NCBI GenBank assembly: GCA_964348725.1
Contig: CAYGDG010000001.1
Span: 1,898 to 65,897, forward strand
Length of the DNA stretch: 64,000 nt
DNA from: an uncultured Candidatus Saccharibacteria bacterium
Lineage (GTDB): Bacteria; Patescibacteriota; Minisyncoccia; Phycocordibacterales; UBA9973
Direction of reading: 5' to 3'
How positions within the stretch are numbered: position 1 is the stretch's first letter; the number at the start of each line of letters is the position of its first letter. Below, piece by piece: positions 18,900 through 27,435 of the stretch. The position numbers and the translations under genes are program-made. The notes beneath the pieces are model-generated. The model was not told the DNA's origin and did no database searches. It was given only the letters and a program-made list of their open reading frames with translations.

Positions 18900-20387
18900 A
18901 TGGTGATGTACAAGACACATCATCGGTATTTATATGTGTGTATTTTTATGTTATTTTGCTTATGCAGTGCGCGTATTTCTTTTGCCGCAGTCATTATCAA
19001 TGAAATAAAATTAAGCCCCACAGCTGAGCGATTTATAGAGCTGTATAATACGGATGATGCTGAAATAGATCTGACCGGCTGGTATATGCAGAGGAAAACA
19101 GCGACTGGCGCGAGCTGGGGTTCGCTTGTTTCAAATCCGAATTTTGAAGGCAAGAAAATAGATGGCCATGGATATTTTTTGATTTCTCGGAGTGAGATGA
19201 TGGGCGCGGATATCGTATTTTCTTCGCTCACCCTGACTGAATCAAATTCCATACAATTAAAAAATGCTTCAGGTGATGTCGTGAATAAAATCGGCTGGGG
19301 TGAGGCAAATGATTGTGGCGGCACATGCGCGGGAAATCCAGGCGAAGGGGAAAGCATCGCAAAAATGGCTGATGCATGGGTGGCGGGCGTACCTACGCCG
19401 CATGCGACCAATGCTGCCGGTAGTGAGAATAACACTGAAAATACAAATATCGGCAGTACATCTTCCGACGATAGTTCCTCGGCAGCTGCGGTGCCTGAAG
19501 CAAAGGCCGAGACAAAAAAGAAAGAAGAGCTGAAAATACAGGTAAAAATTTCAGGAAAAAAATCGGGGCTTGCCGGCATACCCATGGAATTTGAAGCGCA
19601 AGCGACGGGGCTTTCGGGTGAGCCGCTATCTTCCGGAAAACTTTTCTGGAATTTCGGGGACGGGGATTCATTGGAAGCGCAGAGCTCGCAGAAATTCAGC
19701 CACACATATTATTATCCCGGTGACTATGCGCTGACGCTGGAATATGCGCAAAATCCGTACGGCTATACACCGGATGCGAGTCATAAGATCATCATAAAAA
19801 TTTCAGCTGTTTCAACCGTGATTTCGCGGGTGGGGGACGGCAAAGATTTTTTCGTGGAGCTTTCAAATCCTTCGGACTATGAGCAGGATATCTCGCGCTG
19901 GATGCTTATTTCCGGCGCAAAAAGTTTTTCTTTGCCGAAGAATACTATATTGCCAGCGAAAAAATCCATTATCATTTCCGGTAAAATTACAAAGTTCATG
20001 CCAGAAGATGCGGCAGGGTTACGATTGCTGACTTCTGCGGGCGAGACGGCATTTGATTATGGAGCATCTTTGGTTCCGGCAGTCATGGAAGTAATAGAAG
20101 AAGTGGTTGCAGAAAAGCCGCCCGAGCCGGAGGCTCGGGCGGCTATGTCTATTTCTGAAATAAGTGAAGCGGAAATCCCGGACGATTTACCTATCAGCGC
20201 TCTCAGTGCCGCTGTCGCTGGTGCTGACAGCATTGATGACAGCGGCACTCGTGGCGGGAGTAGCGGAGGAAGCTTGTTCTTCTGGCTTGGCGGCTTCGGT
20301 CTTCTTCTCTTCGCCGGTGCCGGCGTTTACTTCATCCGCCGGAGCGGCAGTGTCAGTACTGGCAGCGGGTTCAAACTCCAAGAATGA
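18900..20387 (+). CDS. Surface protein with two lamin-tail domains flanking a PKD-like domain, plus a C-terminal TM anchor
   Basis: AAVIINEIKLSPTAERFIELYNTDDAEIDLTGWYM matches the LTD consensus. A second copy is DFFVELSNPSDYEQDISRWML. FWNFGDGDS...YYYPGDYALTL is PKD-like. C-terminus GGSSGGSLFFWLGGFGLLLFAGAGVYFIRRSG. Confidence 0.6.
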   Translation: MVMYKTHHRYLYVCIFMLFCLCSARISFAAVIINEIKLSPTAERFIELYNTDDAEIDLTGWYMQRKTATGASWGSLVSNPNFEGKKIDGHGYFLISRSEMMGADIVFSSLTLTESNSIQLKNASGDVVNKIGWGEANDCGGTCAGNPGEGESIAKMADAWVAGVPTPHATNAAGSENNTENTNIGSTSSDDSSSAAAVPEAKAETKKKEELKIQVKISGKKSGLAGIPMEFEAQATGLSGEPLSSGKLFWNFGDGDSLEAQSSQKFSHTYYYPGDYALTLEYAQNPYGYTPDASHKIIIKISAVSTVISRVGDGKDFFVELSNPSDYEQDISRWMLISGAKSFSLPKNTILPAKKSIIISGKITKFMPEDAAGLRLLTSAGETAFDYGASLVPAVMEVIEEVVAEKPPEPEARAAMSISEISEAEIPDDLPISALSAAVAGADSIDDSGTRGGSSGGSLFFWLGGFGLLLFAGAGVYFIRRSGSVSTGSGFKLQE

Positions 20388-21077
20388 TTCATCATCAGTA
20401 ATTTTTGCCTTTTCCAAATCCGCTTCCAGCTCCGCCATCTCTATATCCGCCGTCTTTGCTTCTAGTTTTTCTTCAAACTTTTCCGAATCGGCAGTTTCTA
20501 CCGGTTCTTCTATGAGGGCGATAGCCGCTTTGGCTTGGGAGAGTGTGGCATCTATCGCTTCTTTTTCCTCTGGCTCTTTGTCTGCCGCGGCTATTTCTTT
20601 TGATACATTATCAGTAGCTTTCTGAATGCTGGTTTTAGCTACTGCGGCGCGCGCCGGCGTGAGTTTCTTTTGCTTGGCCAGTGTTTTCACTTCAGAAATT
20701 CTTTTATCCACGCGCTTCTTGCCCTGCGCTATCTTTGCGTCCGAAGTAAATACGAGCGCATCTTCCATTTTTTCTTTCACGTTTATTTTTACAGGATATA
20801 GGAAATCGCCCGGCAGTGCCGATGCCGACGCGTAGGTCAGGCCGGACACAGAGAGTATGGCTACCATGACGCCAGCCAGGGCGACCTTGCCGAAGAGCGA
20901 AAAAGAATGTTTTGAAAAATATGGCGACGTGATGTGTATCGGATGGTTTTTTACAAATGCATCCACGCGCATCCACATGCGCGTTTTCTCGTCCGGAGTC
21001 AGGCGGCTCTGTTTCATCGCTGTTATTACTTTGTTTGTTTTATTGTGCATGTTATTCTTTTTCATTTTCTTTCTCAT
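20187..21077 (-). CDS. Putative anti-sigma factor / DUF5667-like membrane protein downstream of an ECF sigma
   Basis: A single TM (GKVALAGVMVAILSVSGL) and the LPGDFLYPVK motif typical of DUF5667-like proteins that follow ECF sigma genes. The start overlaps the sigma gene by about 25 nt. The C-terminal 200 nt overlap the convergent 18900..20387 gene. Confidence 0.5.
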   Translation of the reverse strand: MRKKMKKNNMHNKTNKVITAMKQSRLTPDEKTRMWMRVDAFVKNHPIHITSPYFSKHSFSLFGKVALAGVMVAILSVSGLTYASASALPGDFLYPVKINVKEKMEDALVFTSDAKIAQGKKRVDKRISEVKTLAKQKKLTPARAAVAKTSIQKATDNVSKEIAAADKEPEEKEAIDATLSQAKAAIALIEEPVETADSEKFEEKLEAKTADIEMAELEADLEKAKITDDESFLEFEPAASTDTAAPADEVNAGTGEEKKTEAAKPEEQASSATPATSAAVINAVSTSDSGTESADR

Positions 21078-21585
21078 TTAAAATTTTTTTCAGTTTTTCC
21101 AGCCCCCTGTGTATTCGTACTGATATGTTATTCTCGCTTTCTCTCAATATTTTTGCTATCTCTTTAATATTCATATCTTCGGCATACCGTAAGGTGAGCA
21201 CCGAGCGATATTTTTTATCCAATTGCCCGAGAGCTTCCAATGCCACTTTGCCGTCAAAATTTTCTTCATGCAGGGATCGCTCATCGGTGTCAGTCGCTTC
21301 ATCAAAACCTGTTTCCATCATCGCGTCCAGGGACTGCGCTTTTTTCCGGCGGCGGTCGTCTATGATGAGGTTGCCTGCCACTTTGTACAGGAACGCGCGC
21401 AGATTTTCCACTTCTTTGCCTTCGCGCACATATTCCCAAGTCTTAGTGAAAGTGTCCGCTGTCAGGTCTAGGGCCTTTTCGCGATTACTCGTTTGAAACA
21501 GGCAGTATCGGAATATGGCATCGGAAAAATCATCGTATGCTTTGGCAAATTCTTCTTGTTTTGATTGTTTGTGGACTTCTATCAT
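21052..21585 (-). CDS. ECF-type RNA polymerase sigma-70 factor
   Basis: Region 2 (FRYCLFQTSNREKALDLTADTF) and region 4 (LRYAEDMNIKEIAKILRESENNISVRIHRGLEKL); 177 aa. Confidence 0.8.
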   Translation of the reverse strand: MIEVHKQSKQEEFAKAYDDFSDAIFRYCLFQTSNREKALDLTADTFTKTWEYVREGKEVENLRAFLYKVAGNLIIDDRRRKKAQSLDAMMETGFDEATDTDERSLHEENFDGKVALEALGQLDKKYRSVLTLRYAEDMNIKEIAKILRESENNISVRIHRGLEKLKKILNEKENEKE

Positions 21586-21917
21586 ACGAGACGGATGAAG
21601 GCGGCTTTTCTTACAGTCTTCTAATTATACTTAATAATAGGACAAAAAAGAACCCGACTCCGATACAAGGGGAGTGACAGGTTCTCAAATATTGTTAATT
21701 TTCAGCTTTTCTTGGTTCCGAGAACATGTCGGCTCTTTTTAAAGCGGACCACTTTACGAAGTGAAAGAAAGCTATTAGCCCTATAAATAGGGGGACTATT
21801 GCTAATTGTTCCATAATTTTTTGTTTTGAATTAATTAATATATTTGTTCTGTTCTGCGTATTATGACGGAGACATTGTCAATATCTTACAAAGGCTAATA
21901 AATGCTATACTTTTTAA

Positions 21918-23117
21918 ATGCCTGAAAGAAAAATACTGATATTGGGCGGGGGATTCGGCGGCATTATTGCGGCGAGGGAATTGGCGCGGAAAAATCTGAA
22001 AAACACGCACATCACGCTTCTCTCAAATAAAAATTATTTTGAATATTATCCTGCGCTGTACCGCGTCGTCACCGGCGCGTCGCCCATTGAAGTGTGCGTG
22101 CCGCTTTCCGAAGTGTTGCCGAAGAAAGTTGAATGCAATGTGGACGCAGTTAAAGAAGTGAACGTGGCTGAAAAATTCGTGACGGGGGAGAGCGGTTCGG
22201 CATATCATTATGACGATCTCATCATCGCCCTCGGTAGTGAGACGACATATTTCGGCTTGCCCGGTATTGAAGATTTGTCGCTCGGATTCAAATCCGTGAA
22301 CGAAGCGCTCCGGCTGAAGAATCATCTAGCAAAACTTTTTGAAGAACATCAGCATCCGTCCCAGGGCGAGATGGTCGCGCATTTCCATATCGTCATCGTC
22401 GGTGGCGGGCCGTCCGGCGTGGAAGTAGCCGGTGACTTATCCGTGCATATGCAGAAATTAGCAAAAGAATATAAAGTAGACCCTTCATTTATTACTATTG
22501 ACCTTATTGAATCCGGCGGGCGACTCATACCGAGCATTCCGCCCGCGTCTTCCGCGCGCGTGCTGGCCCGCCTTCGTAAGCTCGGCATCAATGTATTCCT
22601 GAATCGCTTCGTAGTGAAAGAAGAGATAGAACAAGTATATATGAAAGATATGTCCCTTCAAGCAAAGACACTCATCTGGACGGCCGGCACGCAATTGAAC
22701 CGCCTTATATCTACGATACAAGGACTTTCTTTTGCCAAGAATAAAAGAGTAGAAGTGGATGAATATTTAGGCGCGAAAGGTACGGATAGCGTGTATATCA
22801 TCGGCGACGCGGCAGCCACGCCGTATTCCGGTCTCGCGCAAACTGCTATTTATGACGGCGAATATGTCGCGGATGTCATCGCCGCTCGGACAAAAGGCCG
22901 CGAACCAAAAAAATACAAGCCGAAGAAAACAGCATTTTCTATTCCCGTCGGTGATAATTGGGGCGTATTCGTCATGGGCCCATTTCGCATGTATGGCTAT
23001 CCGGCATACATCATGCGCCACATGATAGACTTCATGTTCTTCTCCGGTGTCCTCTCCGTTAAAAAACTTTTCAGCCTTTTCTTTGAGGGGTGGAAATACA
23101 GGAAGCTTAAAGATTAA
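21918..23117 (+). CDS. FAD/NAD(P)-binding oxidoreductase, NDH-2 (type II NADH dehydrogenase)-like
   Basis: ILILGGGFGG dinucleotide-binding motif, a second Rossmann motif HIVIVGGGPSGVE, and a C-terminal membrane-association region; 399 aa. Confidence 0.7.
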   Translation: MPERKILILGGGFGGIIAARELARKNLKNTHITLLSNKNYFEYYPALYRVVTGASPIEVCVPLSEVLPKKVECNVDAVKEVNVAEKFVTGESGSAYHYDDLIIALGSETTYFGLPGIEDLSLGFKSVNEALRLKNHLAKLFEEHQHPSQGEMVAHFHIVIVGGGPSGVEVAGDLSVHMQKLAKEYKVDPSFITIDLIESGGRLIPSIPPASSARVLARLRKLGINVFLNRFVVKEEIEQVYMKDMSLQAKTLIWTAGTQLNRLISTIQGLSFAKNKRVEVDEYLGAKGTDSVYIIGDAAATPYSGLAQTAIYDGEYVADVIAARTKGREPKKYKPKKTAFSIPVGDNWGVFVMGPFRMYGYPAYIMRHMIDFMFFSGVLSVKKLFSLFFEGWKYRKLKD

Positions 23118-23691
23118 TTTTTTTCAGCACCTTCGGAATTTTTTTGAAATCTTGCATTAATGTTTCTCGCATACCGCCATTGTAGAGCGCAGCGGCGGGG
23201 TGGTAGAGGGGGAAGAAATGTTTTGTGTTTAATTTGGCGAATTTTTTGATGAGGAGCTTGCCGTGGATGGCGGATATTTTTTCCGCGGGGAAAAAGTCAT
23301 TCATGGAATGCCTGCCTAAGAAAATAATAAGCTTCGGGTCTATGAAATTTAATTCTTCCAAGAGCCACTCGCGGCACGCGTCTTTTTCTTCCGGCAGGGG
23401 ATCGCGATTGTTTGGCGGGCGGTATTTTACGATGTTGGTGATATAAATGTTTTCGCGCTTCAGGCCAATTTCCGCCAACATCTCATTTAAGAATTTTCCA
23501 GCGGCGCCAACGAAGGGAATGCCCTGCTCATCCTCACTTTTACCCGGCGCTTCGCCGATGAAGACTATCTCGGCTTTCGGATTACCATCACCCGGCACAG
23601 GCTGGGTAGCCGTCTTTTTCAGCTCGCAGGCGCATTTTTGGAACCATTTTTTATGGATCTCATTAAGTTGTTGGCTTTTATCCATACACAT
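23107..23691 (-). CDS. Uracil-DNA glycosylase, family 4
   Basis: EIVFIGEAPGKSEDEQGIPFVGAAGKFL and HPAAALY motifs; 194 aa. Confidence 0.85.
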   Translation of the reverse strand: MCMDKSQQLNEIHKKWFQKCACELKKTATQPVPGDGNPKAEIVFIGEAPGKSEDEQGIPFVGAAGKFLNEMLAEIGLKRENIYITNIVKYRPPNNRDPLPEEKDACREWLLEELNFIDPKLIIFLGRHSMNDFFPAEKISAIHGKLLIKKFAKLNTKHFFPLYHPAAALYNGGMRETLMQDFKKIPKVLKKINL

Positions 23692-23707
23692 ATAGTATAA
23701 TATAAAT

Positions 23708-23917
23708 ATGAATAAACATTATATATGTACGGGAGGGTGCGGGGGCGTGTCGGAAATGCCAGGCGTGTGCCAGGATCCAAATTGCGCAAAGCACGGCCAG
23801 CCGCTGATGGAATGCAAATGCGGCGACGGCAAGCATGAAAATGGCACGTGTGAAAATTGCAGCAAAATCTGTAACGGCACATGTGACATCGAGCCAGCCA
23901 AACCGGAATTAAATTAA
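23708..23917 (+). CDS. Cysteine-rich small protein (10 Cys in 69 aa); putative metal-binding
   Basis: MNKHYICTGGCGGVSEMPGVCQDPNCAKHGQPLMECKCGDGKHENGTCENCSKICNGTCD. Arranged divergently from the UDG gene, with only 16 bp between them. Confidence 0.5.
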   Translation: MNKHYICTGGCGGVSEMPGVCQDPNCAKHGQPLMECKCGDGKHENGTCENCSKICNGTCDIEPAKPELN

Positions 23918-24133
23918 ATGTTCAAAAACTTTTTGCTGAAAAAAATGCTCCGGATGCAAGGCATTCCGGAGGCGCAGATAGATATGGTCATCGCGATGAT
24001 GGAAAAAGATCCGGAGCTTTTTAAGACTATCGCCTCTGAGATACAAGAGGAAATGAAAAAAGGAACAGACCAGCAGACTGCCGCGATGCAGGTGATGCAG
24101 AAGTACCAGGACAAGCTGAAAAAATTGGCATAA
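23918..24133 (+). CDS. Small helical hypothetical protein (71 aa)
   Basis: Its start abuts the stop of the Cys-rich ORF. It ends 2 nt before the ECF sigma start. Confidence 0.35.
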   Translation: MFKNFLLKKMLRMQGIPEAQIDMVIAMMEKDPELFKTIASEIQEEMKKGTDQQTAAMQVMQKYQDKLKKLA

Positions 24134-24135
24134 TT

Positions 24136-24714
24136 ATGGACAGAGACGACACACAATTGATATCCGATTATCTTGAAGGCGATGAAAAGGCGCTCGCTGT
24201 TCTTGTGGAACGTTATTTTACCGACGCCTATTCTTTTGCACGGAAGCTCACGAATGACGCACAGATTGCCGAAGATGTGACGCAGGAATCTTTTACCAAG
24301 GCATGGAAGAATATGCGGAAGTTTATTCCGGGCAAGAGCTTTCGGGGATGGCTTTTTACAATCATCCGCAATACGGCGATTGATATCTTGAGAAAGAAAA
24401 AGGAAATTCTGTTTTCTTCATTTGAAGCGGATATTGCAAATACTGACGGAGAGAACATGTTGACGGCAACGCTTGCGGACGAGATGCCTCTGCCGGACGA
24501 GCTTTTGGCTCGTGCCGAAGATGCGCAGTATGTCGCCATGCTCCTTGAAAAGATTAATCCTGATTATAAGGAGGTGCTCACGCTTAAGCACGAACATGAT
24601 ATGACATTTACTGAAATCGGGGAACTCCTGCAAAAGCCGCTTCATACTGTAAAAAGCCAGTATCGCAGAGGGCTTACGGCATTGCGGCGCTTGTTGGAAG
24701 CGCAGGCAGCTTGA
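24136..24714 (+). CDS. ECF-type RNA polymerase sigma-70 factor (second copy)
   Basis: ISDYLEGDEKALAVLVERYFTDAYSFARKLT in region 2 and LTLKHEHDMTFTEIGELLQKPLHTVKSQYRRGLTALRRLL in region 4. Confidence 0.8.
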   Translation: MDRDDTQLISDYLEGDEKALAVLVERYFTDAYSFARKLTNDAQIAEDVTQESFTKAWKNMRKFIPGKSFRGWLFTIIRNTAIDILRKKKEILFSSFEADIANTDGENMLTATLADEMPLPDELLARAEDAQYVAMLLEKINPDYKEVLTLKHEHDMTFTEIGELLQKPLHTVKSQYRRGLTALRRLLEAQAA

Positions 24715-24727
24715 GCTAACAGAAAGA

Positions 24728-25141
24728 ATGCACCAAAATGCATTCTTTTTTCGTAGTATTGGTATGGACAGGATGCAGCAGTTGGAAAGGCTTTATACGA
24801 AAGTGCTTGCCTCCATACAAAAAGAGGAACTGAAGCGTGCCCGCGTGTTTGCCGCTTCGGCGCTTCTAGTAGCGTTTTCTTCGGTAATCAGCGGAGTGTT
24901 TGCGGTCAAATATATGGTTCAAGGATTTTTACAGTCGGGTTTTTACAGTTACGTATCCCTTCTTTTTTCCGACACGGATATTGTCGTTGCTTCTTGGAAG
25001 GAATTATTTTTATCGCTTACTGAATCTCTTCCGTTTGCCGGCATGACTTTCTCGCTCATCGCCCTAGCAGTCTTGCTCGCTTCGGTTCGTACTTTGGCAA
25101 GAAACATGCGACCGCACTTGATTCCATCGTTTATCAATTAA
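24728..25141 (+). CDS. Putative anti-sigma factor (small bitopic membrane protein) following the ECF sigma
   Basis: A short cytoplasmic N-terminus followed by TM helices (VFAASALLVAFSSVISGVFAV and MTFSLIALAVLLASV). Position is immediately downstream of the sigma gene. Probable start is MDRMQQ at about 24764. Confidence 0.35.
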   Translation: MHQNAFFFRSIGMDRMQQLERLYTKVLASIQKEELKRARVFAASALLVAFSSVISGVFAVKYMVQGFLQSGFYSYVSLLFSDTDIVVASWKELFLSLTESLPFAGMTFSLIALAVLLASVRTLARNMRPHLIPSFIN

Positions 25142-25150
25142 ATTAAAAAT

Positions 25151-25639
25151 ATGAACATACAAGCATACATCAAATCAGCATCGTTCAAAGGCATTCTCAT
25201 CGGCTTATGTATTGCCATTGCCGCGCTTATTATTTTCCAGGCAGGCATCACGGTCGGTGAGCGAAGATCGACATTTGCACGCCATTTCGGCGACAGTTTT
25301 GAAAGAAATTTCAGGAATCCACGGGATGACGGGTTTGCGCGACGCAAATTGCCGGGCGGCTCCGATATGCCGGGAGGGCACGGCGCCGTCGGAGAAATCG
25401 TGAGCATCGCGCTTCCTCAAATCATAGTTGCCGGGCAGGACAAGTTTGAAAAGACGGTAGTTGTCGGTGGTTCGACAGAAATCCGCGAGTTCCGTGATAC
25501 ACTGAAAGCAGATGAGTTGAAAGTCGGAAATTTCATTATCGTGCTCGGCAGTCCAAATGATAACGGAGAGATAGAGGCAAAACTTATTCGCCTCCTGCCT
25601 TCACCTGGCGCAAAACCTGGCAGTAAGCCTGCTCAATAA
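25151..25639 (+). CDS. Membrane-anchored hypothetical protein
   Basis: N-terminal TM ILIGLCIAIAALIIF followed by a soluble domain; 162 aa. Confidence 0.4.
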   Translation: MNIQAYIKSASFKGILIGLCIAIAALIIFQAGITVGERRSTFARHFGDSFERNFRNPRDDGFARRKLPGGSDMPGGHGAVGEIVSIALPQIIVAGQDKFEKTVVVGGSTEIREFRDTLKADELKVGNFIIVLGSPNDNGEIEAKLIRLLPSPGAKPGSKPAQ

Positions 25640-25642
25640 AAT

Positions 25643-27424
25643 ATGAAAAACTTTTTTCTAAAATTTAAAAAATGGATTCTTGCTCATAAGTTCTGGAGCG
25701 CGGTGATCATTGTCGTCGTTATTTTCACAGGCTGGAAGCTGGTACAGGCAGCGAGGAGCACGGATGGGAATGTACGATATGTGACCGCGGCGGTAAAAAA
25801 AGGCGCCGTCATTTCTTCCATCAATGCGAGCGGACAAGTATCTTCCACGAACCAGGTGGACATAAAAGCGAAAGTTTCCGGCGATGTGACATATGTCGCT
25901 GCGCAGGCGGGGCAGAAAGTGGCCGCCGGCGCTTTGCTCTTCCAGCTGGATGCGAAAGAGGCGCAGAAGTCAGTGCGCGATGCGGAGATAAGTTTAGAGT
26001 CCGCAAAATTATCTTTGGAAAAATTAATGAAGCCAGCTGATTCTCTTTCTATTCTTGAAGCGGAAAATTCACTGACCAAAGCCAAAGCCGACCTCGTGAA
26101 AGCGTATGACGACGGATTCAATACGGTGGCAAACGCCTTTCTGGATTTGCCGGGTGCTATGACCGGACTGTATGACATCCTGTATTCTTCCGATGCGTCT
26201 AGCTCTTCCGTGCAGTGGAATATTTCTTATTACGCCGATTCCGCCCGCGACCAATATAATGACGACGGAAAATCTACAGTATACAAAGAAGACGCCGACA
26301 AAAAATATCAGGCGGCGAAAGCGGCATATGACAAGAATTTTTCAGACTACAAGAATGCCACCCGCTATGACGATGCTGTCGCCATAGAAGTGCTGATAAC
26401 CAAGACATATGATACGACTAAAGTAATGGCTGAAGCAGTGAAGAGCACTACGAACCTCATCCAGTATTATCAGGACAGGCTCACTTCGCGGGGCATGGAT
26501 ATCGTGCCGAAATCATACACGCATCTTGCGAGCCTCGGTTCTTATACAGGCGACACGAATTCACACCTCCTTTCTTTGCTCAATATAAAAAATTCCATTC
26601 GCGACGCGAATTTTTCAATTCCGCAGAAGACCCAGTCCCTGGAAAAATTGCGCGAGGGATCGGACAGTCTGGATATACGGTCTTCCGAGCTCTCGCTCAA
26701 ACAGCGGGAAAACGCTCTTGCCGATGCCAAAGAAAAACTGTCGGACTATTTCATCCGCGCGCCGTTTGCCGGCACGCTGGCGGCGATGAATTTTAAAAAG
26801 TCCGATTCCGTTTCCAGCGGCATTGCGGTGGCCACACTCATCACCGCGAACAAGTTCGCCGAAATTTCTCTCAATGAAGTGGACGTGGCAAAAATACAAA
26901 TCGGGCAGAAAGCGACGCTCACTTTTGACGCCATTCCCGATCTGTCCATCGCGGGCGCGGTGGCGGAAATAGATTCTCTCGGCACTTCCTCGCAAGGAGT
27001 CGTCACCTATAATGTAAAAATAAGTTTTGACACGCAGGATGAAAGGATAAAGCCGGCGATGAGCGTCTCCGCCGAAATCATCACCGACATGAAAGAGGAT
27101 GTCCTTATCGTGCCGAACAGCGCGGTCAAATCCCAGAACGGTCAGAGCTATATGGAAATGTTCAGCGAGCCTCTCCCGGAGGCCGAGCGCGGCGCGGGCG
27201 TTATCTCCAAAATTACGCCTCGCAGAGTGCCGGTGGAGGTCGGCATCTCAAATGATTCCCTGACCGAAATAATTTCTGGAGTGAAGGAAGGGGATGAAAT
27301 CGTCGTGCGCACCATCCTCCCTACGGGCGCCAAAGCCGCCGCGACCGCAGCCCCGAGCCTGTTCGGTTCTCCGAGTACCAGTACCCGCCCCGCGGGCGGC
27401 GGAAATTTCCGCAGTGGCAATTAA
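25643..27424 (+). CDS. Efflux-pump periplasmic adaptor (HlyD/MacA-like membrane fusion protein), unusually long
   Basis: N-terminal TM, a biotin-lipoyl-like hairpin (VDIKAKVSGDVTYVAAQAGQKVAAGALLFQLD), long coiled-coils, and a beta-barrel/MP domain. 593 aa, against roughly 380 aa for typical MacA proteins. Confidence 0.75.
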   Translation: MKNFFLKFKKWILAHKFWSAVIIVVVIFTGWKLVQAARSTDGNVRYVTAAVKKGAVISSINASGQVSSTNQVDIKAKVSGDVTYVAAQAGQKVAAGALLFQLDAKEAQKSVRDAEISLESAKLSLEKLMKPADSLSILEAENSLTKAKADLVKAYDDGFNTVANAFLDLPGAMTGLYDILYSSDASSSSVQWNISYYADSARDQYNDDGKSTVYKEDADKKYQAAKAAYDKNFSDYKNATRYDDAVAIEVLITKTYDTTKVMAEAVKSTTNLIQYYQDRLTSRGMDIVPKSYTHLASLGSYTGDTNSHLLSLLNIKNSIRDANFSIPQKTQSLEKLREGSDSLDIRSSELSLKQRENALADAKEKLSDYFIRAPFAGTLAAMNFKKSDSVSSGIAVATLITANKFAEISLNEVDVAKIQIGQKATLTFDAIPDLSIAGAVAEIDSLGTSSQGVVTYNVKISFDTQDERIKPAMSVSAEIITDMKEDVLIVPNSAVKSQNGQSYMEMFSEPLPEAERGAGVISKITPRRVPVEVGISNDSLTEIISGVKEGDEIVVRTILPTGAKAAATAAPSLFGSPSTSTRPAGGGNFRSGN

Positions 27425-27435
27425 AGCAAACTAAT

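Noticed and set aside
18920-19705. 261-aa ORF on the - strand
   Set aside because: Antisense to the LTD/PKD surface-protein gene, which has clear domain signatures.
20164-20625. 153-aa low-complexity (A/S-rich) ORF on the + strand
   Set aside because: It lies within and antisense to the anti-sigma-like gene. The pure Ala/Ser composition is what is expected from the reverse frame of GCx/TCx-rich sequence.
21586-21917. 332-bp intergenic region between the divergent ECF sigma and NDH-2 genes, examined for an ncRNA or riboswitch
   Set aside because: I see only a short hairpin (ccctat-aaat-aggggg) and AT-rich promoter-like stretches. No recognisable riboswitch consensus can be established by eye, so it is left unannotated.
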